Source: a bacterium | Lineage (GTDB): Bacteria > Zhuqueibacterota > Zhuqueibacteria > Residuimicrobiales > Krinioviventaceae | DNA length: 64,000 nucleotides | Direction of reading: 5' to 3' | Assembly (NCBI GenBank): GCA_963693055.1 | Contig: OY843751.1 | Location: forward strand, 5,504,001 to 5,568,000 | Part shown: piece after piece, positions 10,289-19,770 of the stretch | Position numbering within the stretch: the stretch's first letter is position 1 | Layout: each line of letters starts with the position of its first letter | Translations under genes and position numbers: made by a program | The notes under the pieces: generated by a model | What the model was told of the DNA's origin: nothing | The model's input: only the letters and a program-made list of their open reading frames with translations | Database searches by the model: none

Positions 10289-11062
10289 ATGGAAAAACCG
10301 GTTGCATTAGTAACAGGCGCTGGACGGGGTATAGGCAGGGGAATTGCTGAAAAACTTGCTAAAGAAGGTTATAATATTGTAGTTGATGATGTACACGCGG
10401 AACAGGATGTTAAAGATACCATCCAGGCATTAACAGACAAAGGTGCGGAAGCACTTTATATACAAGCCGATATTTCAAAAGCAGAAGATCGTGACAGAAT
10501 AGTAAGCGAGATCAAATCCCGTTTTGGACGTTTGGATCTACTGGTCAACAACGCAGGCGTTGCCCCCAAAGTCCGCATGGATCTATTGGAAGCTACTGAA
10601 GAAAGCTTTGACCGGGTCCTGAATATCAATTTACGCGGGCCCTACTTTTTAACTCAAAAAATTGCCAATTGGATGATTGAACAAAAGAAACAAGATCCTG
10701 ATCGCAATTGCCAAATCATCAACACAGGTTCGCTCTCGTCATATGCGTCATCACCTGCACGAGGTGAGTATTGTGTATCCAAAGCAGGCGTAAGTATGAT
10801 GACCAAACTCTATGCAGACAGACTTGCCGAGTTTAACATACCCGTTTATGAAATCCGACCCGGCATCATTGCAACAGACATGACCAGCGTTGTAAAAGAA
10901 AAATACGACAATCTGATTGAAGACGGATTACTGCCTACCAAACGCTGGGGTTACCCGGAAGATATTGCAAATGCAGTTATTGGTATTGCCAAAGGATACT
11001 TTGCATACTCTACCGGACAAGTGTTTAATGTTGACGGTGGCTTTCATCTGCCAAGATTGTAA
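10289..11062 (+). CDS. Short-chain dehydrogenase/reductase (3-ketoacyl-ACP-reductase-like)
   Basis: TGAGRGIG, NNAG, catalytic YCVSK, RPGIIATDM and VDGG. Confidence 0.92.
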   Translation: MEKPVALVTGAGRGIGRGIAEKLAKEGYNIVVDDVHAEQDVKDTIQALTDKGAEALYIQADISKAEDRDRIVSEIKSRFGRLDLLVNNAGVAPKVRMDLLEATEESFDRVLNINLRGPYFLTQKIANWMIEQKKQDPDRNCQIINTGSLSSYASSPARGEYCVSKAGVSMMTKLYADRLAEFNIPVYEIRPGIIATDMTSVVKEKYDNLIEDGLLPTKRWGYPEDIANAVIGIAKGYFAYSTGQVFNVDGGFHLPRL

Positions 11063-11082
11063 GAAAGGAATATATCGTTTTC

Positions 11083-13080
11083 ATGAAAAAATCAACTATT
11101 AGCATAAATAATATTGAATTCCCGGTTGTACAACTGGATACATTAGTCATTGGTACCGGTGCCGCATCCTTAAACTGTGCAGATGCTTTATACGCCTCGG
11201 GCAAGACAGATATTGCCATTATTACAGAAAAAGTAGGCGGCGGAACATCAAACAATACCGGCTCAGACAAACAAACCTATTACAAACTCTCCGTAAGTGG
11301 CAAAGAGCCAGACTCTCCCGTAGAAATGGCCAAGTCCTTGTTCGACGGCGGAGGTATGCACGGAGATCTTGCATTAATTGAGGCGACTCTCTCTGCCCAG
11401 GGATTTTTTCACCTGGCCCAGATTGGTGTTCAATTTCCACACAACTCGTACGGCGGTTTTGTGGGCTATAAAACCGATCACGATCCTCGTCAGCGTGCAA
11501 CCTCTGCTGGCCCCTGGACATCGCACCAGATGGTTCAATGCCTGCTAAAAGAAATCAAAAACAAGGGCATAGAAATTTTTGACAATCACGACATTGTAGC
11601 CCTGTTGGTAGACAATGGCCGCAGTGTTGGCGCTATTGCCATTAATAAAGACAAGTTAAATGAGCAAGATTTTGGTTTGGTCTTTTTTATGGCTAACAAT
11701 GTTGTATTTGGTGTTGGCGGACCCGGTGGATTATATAAAACCTCTGTTTACCCCGAAGTACACATTGGTGCCATTGGTCTGGCACTCGAAGTGGGCGCGG
11801 TAGCCCGAAACCTGACCGAATCCCAATATGGTCTGGCATCCACAAAATTCCGCTGGAATGTTTCCGGAACGTATCAGCAGGTTATTCCTCGCTACATCAG
11901 TACTGATGCGGATGGAAATGATGAACAGGAATTTTTGAACGAATACTTTATCACAATGGGCAAGCTGGCAACCGATATCTTTTTAAAAGGATACCAGTGG
12001 CCGTTTGATCCCCGCAAGATCCCAAATTATGGATCATCTCTGGTAGACGTACTGGTATATATCGAGACTGTTGTCAAAGGCCGAAAGGTCTATATGGATT
12101 TTAGAGAAAATCCCCGCGGTGACGAGCGCATTGGCGCTTTCCGGTTTGAAGATATGGAGCCGGAAGCATACAAATATCTTGAAAATTCAAATGCGCTGTT
12201 TGGCACGCCCATTGAACGATTGGAAAAGATGAATCCCCTTGCCATTGAACTGTACGACAAGAACGGTATAGACATCCGTACCGAACCGCTGGAAGTTGCG
12301 GTTTGCGCGCAGCACAACAATGGCGGCCTTGCAGGTAACCTGTGGTGGGAATCCAACATCCGCAACCTCTATCCCATCGGTGAGGTTAATGGCAGTCATG
12401 GTGTTTACCGTCCCGGTGGTTCTGCCTTAAACTCGGGACAAGTAGGTTCTCTGCGCGCGGCACAAAAAATTGCAGCCAGCAAAACCGTAGAGCCCGTTTC
12501 CGAAGAACAGTTTAAAAACGCTGCGTCAATTCAAGGTGAAAAGCTGTTAAACGTAATCCAAAAACTCAGCAAATCCTTATCGCAACAAAACACAGCAAAA
12601 GCGTATCGTGATGAATTTCAACAGCGCATGACCAATTTTGGTTCACACATTCGTGATCTTAACCAGGTCAACAAAGCACTTGAAGAAGCATATAATCAAA
12701 TCAAACGTTTTGATGAACAGCAAATCACGTCACTAACAGACCTGCCATTTGTTTTGCAAAATCGACATCTGGTAACGGCACAGGCTGCCTATCTTGAAGC
12801 CATACGCGCCTATCTTGAAAAAGGCGGTGGCAGCCGCGGTTCTTATATGGTTATGGACCCCAATGGAGATCCTGTTCTGGAAAGTCTGGGAAGCGAATGG
12901 AATTACAAACCCGAAGTTCCGGATCTGCGCGAATGGGTGCTTGAAACCGTATTAACCGAGGATGGTACCTATAAATCCACCTGGAAAAAACGCAGACCCC
13001 TGCCGGAAGAAGAAAGCTGGTTTGAGAACGTTTGGGGCAAGTATATGAACGGTGAGATATTTATAAACGGCGATTATTAA
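11083..13080 (+). CDS. FAD-binding oxidoreductase of the SdhA/FrdA/NadB superfamily, substrate unknown
   Basis: DTLVIGTGAA FAD motif. QHNNGG, GEVNGSHGVYRPGGSAL and SRGSY resemble SdhA/NadB motifs. No SdhB/C partner is nearby. Confidence 0.85.
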   Translation: MKKSTISINNIEFPVVQLDTLVIGTGAASLNCADALYASGKTDIAIITEKVGGGTSNNTGSDKQTYYKLSVSGKEPDSPVEMAKSLFDGGGMHGDLALIEATLSAQGFFHLAQIGVQFPHNSYGGFVGYKTDHDPRQRATSAGPWTSHQMVQCLLKEIKNKGIEIFDNHDIVALLVDNGRSVGAIAINKDKLNEQDFGLVFFMANNVVFGVGGPGGLYKTSVYPEVHIGAIGLALEVGAVARNLTESQYGLASTKFRWNVSGTYQQVIPRYISTDADGNDEQEFLNEYFITMGKLATDIFLKGYQWPFDPRKIPNYGSSLVDVLVYIETVVKGRKVYMDFRENPRGDERIGAFRFEDMEPEAYKYLENSNALFGTPIERLEKMNPLAIELYDKNGIDIRTEPLEVAVCAQHNNGGLAGNLWWESNIRNLYPIGEVNGSHGVYRPGGSALNSGQVGSLRAAQKIAASKTVEPVSEEQFKNAASIQGEKLLNVIQKLSKSLSQQNTAKAYRDEFQQRMTNFGSHIRDLNQVNKALEEAYNQIKRFDEQQITSLTDLPFVLQNRHLVTAQAAYLEAIRAYLEKGGGSRGSYMVMDPNGDPVLESLGSEWNYKPEVPDLREWVLETVLTEDGTYKSTWKKRRPLPEEESWFENVWGKYMNGEIFINGDY

Positions 13081-13085
13081 AAGCT

Positions 13086-13117
13086 GGCCTGTTGGGATGA
13101 TCTGACAGGCCTTTTTT
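13086..13117 (+). terminator. Intrinsic terminator after the SDR-flavoprotein pair
   Basis: GGCCTGTTGG...CTGACAGGCC stem followed by TTTTTT. Confidence 0.75.
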
Positions 13118-13136
13118 ATAATATAACAGGGTAATC

Positions 13137-14783
13137 ATGGACTGGAAAATTATTGACGCCATTGGTCCTTTTTTCAAGGGATACAAAAAGACAACCATAA
13201 ACTGGTCAAAGATCCCTTTTCGCAACCTTGAAAAAAACGGACAGGTCAATACCAATAAATTCGAAAAAATAAGACCCGCTTTTGAACAGTTTTGTGTACA
13301 AGCCAAATCCCTGGGTTATGACACCATTGCGCTTGATGACATTGCCCATCTGGTTTTGTTTGAATTCTATCCAAAAAAGTTAAGACAAAAAATCAATGCC
13401 TATCAGAACGAATTTGATCAATTATTTATAATTGCAAAAAAACTCGATTTGAAAATTGTTATCAACTCGGATATCATGTTTTTTAACAAATGGATTGAAA
13501 AGCATACCAAAGGCAAACTCAAAAATGCGATAGCCCTGCTTGCCCAGGCATGCGATACTCTGCTGGAAAAGTCCCCCATTGATGGTATTGTACTGCGCAT
13601 TGGGGAATCTGATGGTATTGATGTACGGGAAGATTTTAAAAGCCGGTTGATATTAAAAAAACCGTCGCATGTTCGGTATTGCATTAATGAATTGATGCCG
13701 GTTTTTAAAAAGCACCAAAAACATCTGATCTTTAGAACCTGGACTGTTGGCGTATATCCCATTGGTGACCTTATCTGGAACCCCGCGACATACCATCAAT
13801 CTTTTAACAGTATAGACAGCGAATATTTTATTGTTTCCATGAAATTCGGAGATACTGACTTTTTTGATCATCTCGAGCTCAACCCCCTACTCACAAACAG
13901 CCGTCATAAAAAAATAATTGAATTACAGGCAAGACGAGAGCGCGAAGGCTTTGGTGTTTTCCCCTGGTATGTGGGCTGGCAGTATGAAAAATATTATCAA
14001 CAGTTAAAAGACAATCCCTTACTTGTGGGTATATCTGTCTGGTGCCAAACCGGTGGCTGGTCAAAATGGAGAAATTATACTTTTTTAAAACAATCATCCC
14101 TGTGGAACGAATTAAACACCAGAGCATGCATCCGTATTTTTGAAAATGGAGAAAGCGCGAACGAAATTTTAAAAACCTTGTTAAGCCCGGAACAGATAAC
14201 ATTCCTCGTCGAGTTTCAATCCATATTTGATAAAATATTATACATTGAGGGCTTTGCCGAAAAATCTTTTTACCTGCGCCGGTTTCGCATTCCTCCCCTG
14301 CTATGGTTGTACTGGGACAATGTGACCATATCTCCATTTCTCATAGCATTTCTGGATTATACAGGCATGAAGCCCATAGATGTATCACTGGGAGATTTAA
14401 AAGAGGTTCGTAAACGGGGCAAAGTGGCAAAAATTGAAAACATTGACTATATATATGACACACTGCGGGTCTTGCTGTACAGCCGCAGGGCATTATATAA
14501 AAAATCAGCAAAGCCCAAATACCTTGCAAAAATAGCCCAATATCAAAAAAAATACCCCGCTTCGGTTGATTTTTCAATCACCTTTTCAACAAGCAGCCAC
14601 CGCATGCTAAAATTCTTTTTCCAGGTATGCGTCCGCCAAACACAGCAATACCGCTTTATCGATAGAATATTGCTTTCCGGCCCTGTCTCGTTCTTGTTCA
14701 GGGTATTCATTCACTTTTATATGCGGCATTTGCCTTCGTTTGTCAACAAACAGGCGATGAAAATCGATTCAATTTTTTATTAA
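13137..14783 (+). CDS. Hypothetical protein, possibly a glycoside-hydrolase-like TIM barrel
   Basis: 548-aa ORF. DGIVLRIGESDG, FRTWTVG and IIELQARREREG recall GH67/GH20-like barrels. No signal peptide. The family call is tentative. Confidence 0.6.
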   Translation: MDWKIIDAIGPFFKGYKKTTINWSKIPFRNLEKNGQVNTNKFEKIRPAFEQFCVQAKSLGYDTIALDDIAHLVLFEFYPKKLRQKINAYQNEFDQLFIIAKKLDLKIVINSDIMFFNKWIEKHTKGKLKNAIALLAQACDTLLEKSPIDGIVLRIGESDGIDVREDFKSRLILKKPSHVRYCINELMPVFKKHQKHLIFRTWTVGVYPIGDLIWNPATYHQSFNSIDSEYFIVSMKFGDTDFFDHLELNPLLTNSRHKKIIELQARREREGFGVFPWYVGWQYEKYYQQLKDNPLLVGISVWCQTGGWSKWRNYTFLKQSSLWNELNTRACIRIFENGESANEILKTLLSPEQITFLVEFQSIFDKILYIEGFAEKSFYLRRFRIPPLLWLYWDNVTISPFLIAFLDYTGMKPIDVSLGDLKEVRKRGKVAKIENIDYIYDTLRVLLYSRRALYKKSAKPKYLAKIAQYQKKYPASVDFSITFSTSSHRMLKFFFQVCVRQTQQYRFIDRILLSGPVSFLFRVFIHFYMRHLPSFVNKQAMKIDSIFY

Positions 14784-14786
14784 CGC

Positions 14787-14822
14787 AAAAAAAGCCGTCT
14801 TTTAAAATTAAAAAGACGGCTT
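14787..14822 (-). terminator. Terminator between convergent genes (U-tract on the hflC strand)
   Basis: 12-bp stem AAGCCGTCTTTT/AAAAGACGGCTT with an adjacent A-run at 14787-14793. Confidence 0.8.
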
Positions 14823-14838
14823 GGACTTTATATTTGTT

Positions 14839-15783
14839 CTATTTTTGCGTTTTCAAATATTTCAAATAGTCATTATCCGTACTGAAAATAACCGTACTGG
14901 ATTTATCTATGGTTTCGCGATAGGTATTCAACGTTTCCATAAAAGTATAGAATTCGGGATCACGATTAAACGCGCTGGCGTAAATCTCGGTTGCTGTTGC
15001 GTCTGCTTTACCTCGGATCTCCTGGGCTTTACGATAAGCTTCTGAATTGATCTTTTGCAATTCGCGATCTGTTTGTCCCTCAATTTCAGCCTTTTTACCC
15101 TGACCTTCTGAACGATACAACATGGCAATACGTTTACGTTCAGAAATCATACGGTCAAAAACCTTGGTCCGTACTTCTTCAATATAGTTCACCTGTTTAA
15201 TACGAATATCTTCAACCTGAATGCCATATTGCGGAACAACTTCTTGCACCTTTTCCAAAATCACATTGGTTATGGCCATGCGTCCTTTTTCGATTTTAAG
15301 CGAATCTACTTCCATAATCAGTTCGCTCTGTTCTTCTGTAGAAAATGCCATAGCACGGTTAGAATTACGGACCACTTCAATCAGTAAATTCTCACTGATA
15401 TAATCCCGGGTAATACCGTCAATAATATCATCAAGACGTCCCAATGCATTTCTTTCATTATTTACTGACTGAAAGAACTTTAATGGATCAACAATTCTCC
15501 ATCTTGCAAAAGTATCAACCAGGAGATATTTTTTATCTTTGGTTGGGATCTGATTTGGATCGCCATCCCATTCCAGTATTCGTTTTTCAAAATAGGTTGC
15601 TTTTTGAAAAAATGGTACCTTTACATGTAATCCTGCATCTGCTACAGGATCACCCACAGGCTCACCAAACTGGGTTATGATGACCTGCTTGGTTTCATCG
15701 ATTGTATAAAATGTGTTAGCAAGAATGATAATCAGCACAAGGGCAATGATACCATATACAACGAGTTTAGGATTCTTGTTCAT
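14839..15783 (-). CDS. hflC: FtsH protease modulator HflC
   Basis: N-terminal TM, QFGEP, PTKDKK, WRIVDP, RMISER and DPEFY. Confidence 0.93.
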   Translation of the reverse strand: MNKNPKLVVYGIIALVLIIILANTFYTIDETKQVIITQFGEPVGDPVADAGLHVKVPFFQKATYFEKRILEWDGDPNQIPTKDKKYLLVDTFARWRIVDPLKFFQSVNNERNALGRLDDIIDGITRDYISENLLIEVVRNSNRAMAFSTEEQSELIMEVDSLKIEKGRMAITNVILEKVQEVVPQYGIQVEDIRIKQVNYIEEVRTKVFDRMISERKRIAMLYRSEGQGKKAEIEGQTDRELQKINSEAYRKAQEIRGKADATATEIYASAFNRDPEFYTFMETLNTYRETIDKSSTVIFSTDNDYLKYLKTQK

Positions 15784-16763
15784 TTGCCCGCCTCCTTTCC
15801 TAACTGCAGCATTGGCAAAAAGGACTTTAATTCATCGTCCACAATATATTTTTTATCAATCTTGGGCAATACTTCACGCATCATTTCAATGTACATTCTT
15901 CGCTTGGTTACATCCTTGGCCTTAGAGTATTCCCGCCAAATCTGGGTAAAGCGATCTGCGTCACCTTTGGCACGGTTAATTCTATTGGTGGCATATCCTT
16001 CTGCTTCGAGGATAGCCTGTTCTGCCTGACCTTTTGCTTTAGGAATGATTGTATTGTATGTTTCTCTGGCTTCATTGATGATACGTTCTTTTTCCTGTCT
16101 GGCTTCGTTCACTTCATTAAACGCCGGTTGAACAGGTACGGGTGGATTCACATCCTGCAAGTTAACTGTCACAATATCAACACCCGTTTCGTAATCATTC
16201 AATAATGACTGCATCAGTTCCTGCGCTTGCAACGCAATGGTTTTTCTACTGAGAATAATAACTTCATCCACACTATTATCACCAACAACCTGTCGCATTA
16301 TAGATTCTGAAACATATCGAATGGTGGCTTCAACATCCCGAACCTTGAACAGATACTTGACGGGATCTTTGATGCGATATTGAACAATCCACTCTACCAA
16401 GGCGGCATTCAAATCACCGGTAAGCATTAAAGATTCTGAAGAGAAATCACGGTCCGAATACTGGGTCCTAATTCCTGCTTTGACGGTTCTAAATCCAAAT
16501 TCCTGCTTAAATACACGCTGTACTTTAACTTTGGTTACGGTTTCTACCCCCAACGGGATCTTGAAATGGAGGCCGGGAGTTGTTGTAGTTGCGTATTTTC
16601 CAAATCGCTGGATCACGCCAACTTCATCTGCATCAACCGTGTAAGCGGATGAAAAAGCCATCCATACAACAATAAACCCAACAATGATATAGAGCAGTAT
16701 ACGGTTTTTAAATTCCGGAATAACCACATTTTCACCGCCTATATTGATCACTCGTTTGTTCAT
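15780..16763 (-). CDS. hflK: FtsH protease modulator HflK
   Basis: SPFH domain with MLTGDLN, PVQPAFNEVNEARQE and VTKRRMYIE; the stop overlaps the hflC ATG. Confidence 0.93.
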   Translation of the reverse strand: MNKRVINIGGENVVIPEFKNRILLYIIVGFIVVWMAFSSAYTVDADEVGVIQRFGKYATTTTPGLHFKIPLGVETVTKVKVQRVFKQEFGFRTVKAGIRTQYSDRDFSSESLMLTGDLNAALVEWIVQYRIKDPVKYLFKVRDVEATIRYVSESIMRQVVGDNSVDEVIILSRKTIALQAQELMQSLLNDYETGVDIVTVNLQDVNPPVPVQPAFNEVNEARQEKERIINEARETYNTIIPKAKGQAEQAILEAEGYATNRINRAKGDADRFTQIWREYSKAKDVTKRRMYIEMMREVLPKIDKKYIVDDELKSFLPMLQLGKEAGK

Positions 16764-16830
16764 AGGTCTTTCCTTATTTAGATTACGTTACACACTAGTA
16801 TTACACATGTAACTGCTGTTTTATTCAATA

Positions 16831-18120
16831 TTATATCACTGTTCCATCAGGAATTACTGCATTTTTGGTCACAATTACAATTCCATCCCTAATCCAGTAA
16901 CCATTCTTGTCATCTTCATATTCTTCAAGATTATTTTTATTTATAATCCTCACATTCTGACCAATTCTCGCATTCTTGTCAATTATTGCACGTTTAATAA
17001 AGGTATTTTTCCCTATACCCAAAGGGATCTCTCCATTTTCATGTATTTCTTCACGCCTTTCAGCAGATTCAAAATAATCGTTTCCTAAAATCAGAGAATC
17101 TTCAATGGTCACATTTTCTGACACAAAAGAACGAACACCCAAAATTGAACGTCTGATTTTGGCATTGATCACTATACATCCTTCAGAGATCATGGTCTCT
17201 GTCAATTCCGTATTTACCAGCTTGCAGGGAGGTAAAAAGCGTTGACGCGTAAAAATAGGGGCATTGGTTTCATAAAAACTAAAATCGGGATTATCGTACT
17301 TTGTAAGATCAATATTACATTGATAATATGCACCAATGGTACCAATATCTTCCCAGTAATCATTAAACAGATATGCCTGAACGTTATATTCACCAATAGC
17401 ATGAGGGATAATCTCTTTACCAAAATCCTGCTGGTCTACCAGTTCAGTCAAAAGTTTAATTAACGCGTCCCGTTTAAACACATAGATTCCCATAGACGCA
17501 ATATAAGGTTTGCGTTCTGCCTCTTCAGGAGTTAGCCCCAACACCGTAGTATCAACTTTCATTTCCTGTAAAGCCTGACCCTTTGGCTTTTCTGAAAATT
17601 CTACAATGGCACCTTTGTCATCAATTTTCATTAATCCAAAATCAGAAGCTTTTTCTTCTTCAACCGGAACAACAGATATTGTGAGATCTGCTTTAGAATC
17701 CCGATGCTTTTTAATAAAAGGACGGTAATCCATACGATACAAATGATCTCCGGATAATATCAAAAATTCACTTACCGGAACTTCTTTTATCGTATGTAAA
17801 TATTGTCGGACAGCATCAGCAGTACCCTGAAACCAATCAGAACGTTCAGGAGTTTGCTGAGCAGCAAGTATCTCAATAAATCCCTCAGAAAAGGGTGAAA
17901 AATGATACGTCAGGCCAACATGTCTGTTCAAAGACGCAGAATTAAATTGGGTCATGATATAAATCTTTTGGATGCCTGAATTGATACTGTTACTGATGGG
18001 GATGTCAATCAGTCTGTACTTTCCGGCCAGGGGAACTGCAGGTTTTGCCCTGAGTTTTGTCAGTGGATGTAGACGTGTACCTCTACCCCCTCCCAAAATG
18101 ATAGTCATCACGTTGCGCAT
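16831..18120 (-). CDS. glgC: Glucose-1-phosphate adenylyltransferase (ADP-glucose pyrophosphorylase)
   Basis: [37 protein letters not shown] and DFGKEIIP. Confidence 0.97.
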   Translation of the reverse strand: MRNVMTIILGGGRGTRLHPLTKLRAKPAVPLAGKYRLIDIPISNSINSGIQKIYIMTQFNSASLNRHVGLTYHFSPFSEGFIEILAAQQTPERSDWFQGTADAVRQYLHTIKEVPVSEFLILSGDHLYRMDYRPFIKKHRDSKADLTISVVPVEEEKASDFGLMKIDDKGAIVEFSEKPKGQALQEMKVDTTVLGLTPEEAERKPYIASMGIYVFKRDALIKLLTELVDQQDFGKEIIPHAIGEYNVQAYLFNDYWEDIGTIGAYYQCNIDLTKYDNPDFSFYETNAPIFTRQRFLPPCKLVNTELTETMISEGCIVINAKIRRSILGVRSFVSENVTIEDSLILGNDYFESAERREEIHENGEIPLGIGKNTFIKRAIIDKNARIGQNVRIINKNNLEEYEDDKNGYWIRDGIVIVTKNAVIPDGTVI

Positions 18121-18218
18121 ACAACTCTCCCTTTTATTAAGCTGATGTTAAACTCAAGTATAATTCAATATAGAAAGTAATTTATAGAAATGCCATAAGA
18201 AAAAGAAAATATATTTAT

Positions 18219-18240
18219 AAAAAAAAGCCGCTTTCGCGGC
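18219..18240 (-). terminator. Intrinsic terminator after the GWxTD gene
   Basis: The minus strand reads GCCGC-GAAA-GCGGC-TTTTTTTT. Confidence 0.85.
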
Positions 18241-18246
18241 CTTTTC

Positions 18247-19752
18247 TTAATACATATTACTATTATAAGTAGATTCGTTATCAGGATATATCCAACGCTG
18301 CCATTGGGCATCGTACAACTCGCCTCGAGCGGTAGAGTGTACCAATTCAAAATCTCCCATACCCCGGCGGTCAACAAAAGCAAAAGCTACACCACCCTGT
18401 AAATAATGATATTGCCAGATCTCATAAGGCCGTGTTTCCATGCCTGACGGATGTCTTTCAACTTCATCAGGTTCACCATAGATAAGCAATATTCTTCCAC
18501 GGTCACTTTTCCAGCCTTCTTTAAAACCACCTTTATAATTGTTATTGGCCTTTTTAACCCGACCCAAATAATCTTCTTTAAATTCATTTGCATCTGTTCC
18601 GGGTGTTCTGTCTCTTCTTGACCAAAAAGACCTTATAAACTCTTTTTTTCCATCATGATTTAATCGTTTATAGGTTGATTTTTCTTCCCGGGTTGCAATA
18701 TACTTGGCTATATCAAATTCTTTATCAATTTCTTTTTCAGACATTACATCATAACGATGCGCGTCCAGTCCGGCACTTCCTTCTCCTGTGATTTCTTCCT
18801 TGTTGGCATACAACTCTCCACCTTCTTTGAAATCACCATCACGGTAAACATAAAATTTACGTTTAAAATTGGCTTTCTGGCCTGACCCTTTATCTTCCAC
18901 AATAGTATTCAAAGTATAAGGCCCCGAAACCAATGTGACTACATTAATACTATTAACCTCTACCGAAGATTTGCCGGGTTTTTTTCTCAATTTTTCAGGT
19001 AATGATTTTACTTCTTTACCATCCCGATCAGAGATAGTATAGGAAACACCATAATACTGACCCGAATCAGATTCCGATGGAACCAAATTATAAACTTCTG
19101 CATAGCAATAAAGCATTGGAAGCCCTATTCCATACAAATAAGATGGATTGGGTATAATTTGAAATCCATTTTTAACAAATGGATTATTTGCCTCACTTCT
19201 TGATATGGAAGATGCAAATTGAACATCAGAAATTAATAATTTTTCATTATCAAAAGGATCTATTTTGACAGGAAACTCTCCACGCGCAACGCTATTTTCA
19301 TTATTAGGATCAGAAACTTTAACTTTGAGTTTATAATCTCCAGGATTTAGTACAAAGCTGCTGATGGTATATAAACGCTGGTTGTAATTTATTTGTCCCA
19401 GGCTGTCTACTGTGTTTGCATTCATCCACTCTTTTTGAGAAATAACCGAATCACCCTGCACAAGCTCCGATGAAACCATAAATTTCCCCATGTATTGATT
19501 ATTCTCAGTTTCAACAAACTGTAACATGGATTGAAAAATCGCAATTGAATATTCCAGATAGGTTAAACTGTCTGCATATCTGAAACGGTTCATATCCAGG
19601 GCAAATTCAAACCGTTGAGTTCCAACTGCAGAACTATCTTCTGCCGCAGGGGTGGCAGCTTCATTTTGAGCAAACAACAGGGATACATCGCTTGTCAGCA
19701 ATATTACCAGACTGACAATAAGAAAAAGCCCTTTAACTTTGTTGTTTTGCAT
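18247..19752 (-). CDS. Exported GWxTD-domain protein
   Basis: Signal peptide; FWSRRDRTP...GWKSDRGRILLIYGEPD and PYEIWQY. Confidence 0.85.
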   Translation of the reverse strand: MQNNKVKGLFLIVSLVILLTSDVSLLFAQNEAATPAAEDSSAVGTQRFEFALDMNRFRYADSLTYLEYSIAIFQSMLQFVETENNQYMGKFMVSSELVQGDSVISQKEWMNANTVDSLGQINYNQRLYTISSFVLNPGDYKLKVKVSDPNNENSVARGEFPVKIDPFDNEKLLISDVQFASSISRSEANNPFVKNGFQIIPNPSYLYGIGLPMLYCYAEVYNLVPSESDSGQYYGVSYTISDRDGKEVKSLPEKLRKKPGKSSVEVNSINVVTLVSGPYTLNTIVEDKGSGQKANFKRKFYVYRDGDFKEGGELYANKEEITGEGSAGLDAHRYDVMSEKEIDKEFDIAKYIATREEKSTYKRLNHDGKKEFIRSFWSRRDRTPGTDANEFKEDYLGRVKKANNNYKGGFKEGWKSDRGRILLIYGEPDEVERHPSGMETRPYEIWQYHYLQGGVAFAFVDRRGMGDFELVHSTARGELYDAQWQRWIYPDNESTYNSNMY

Positions 19753-19770
19753 GGTTACCCTCCTTTTAAA

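Noticed and set aside
11083-13080. Calling this sdhA/frdA or a second nadB
   Set aside because: It lacks the covalent-FAD/AQGG segment and partner subunits, and a true nadB is at 61583.
16787-16813. GTTACA...TGTAAC inverted repeat with TTACACA twice, upstream of hflK
   Set aside because: It is too short to separate from chance, and I cannot assign a regulator.
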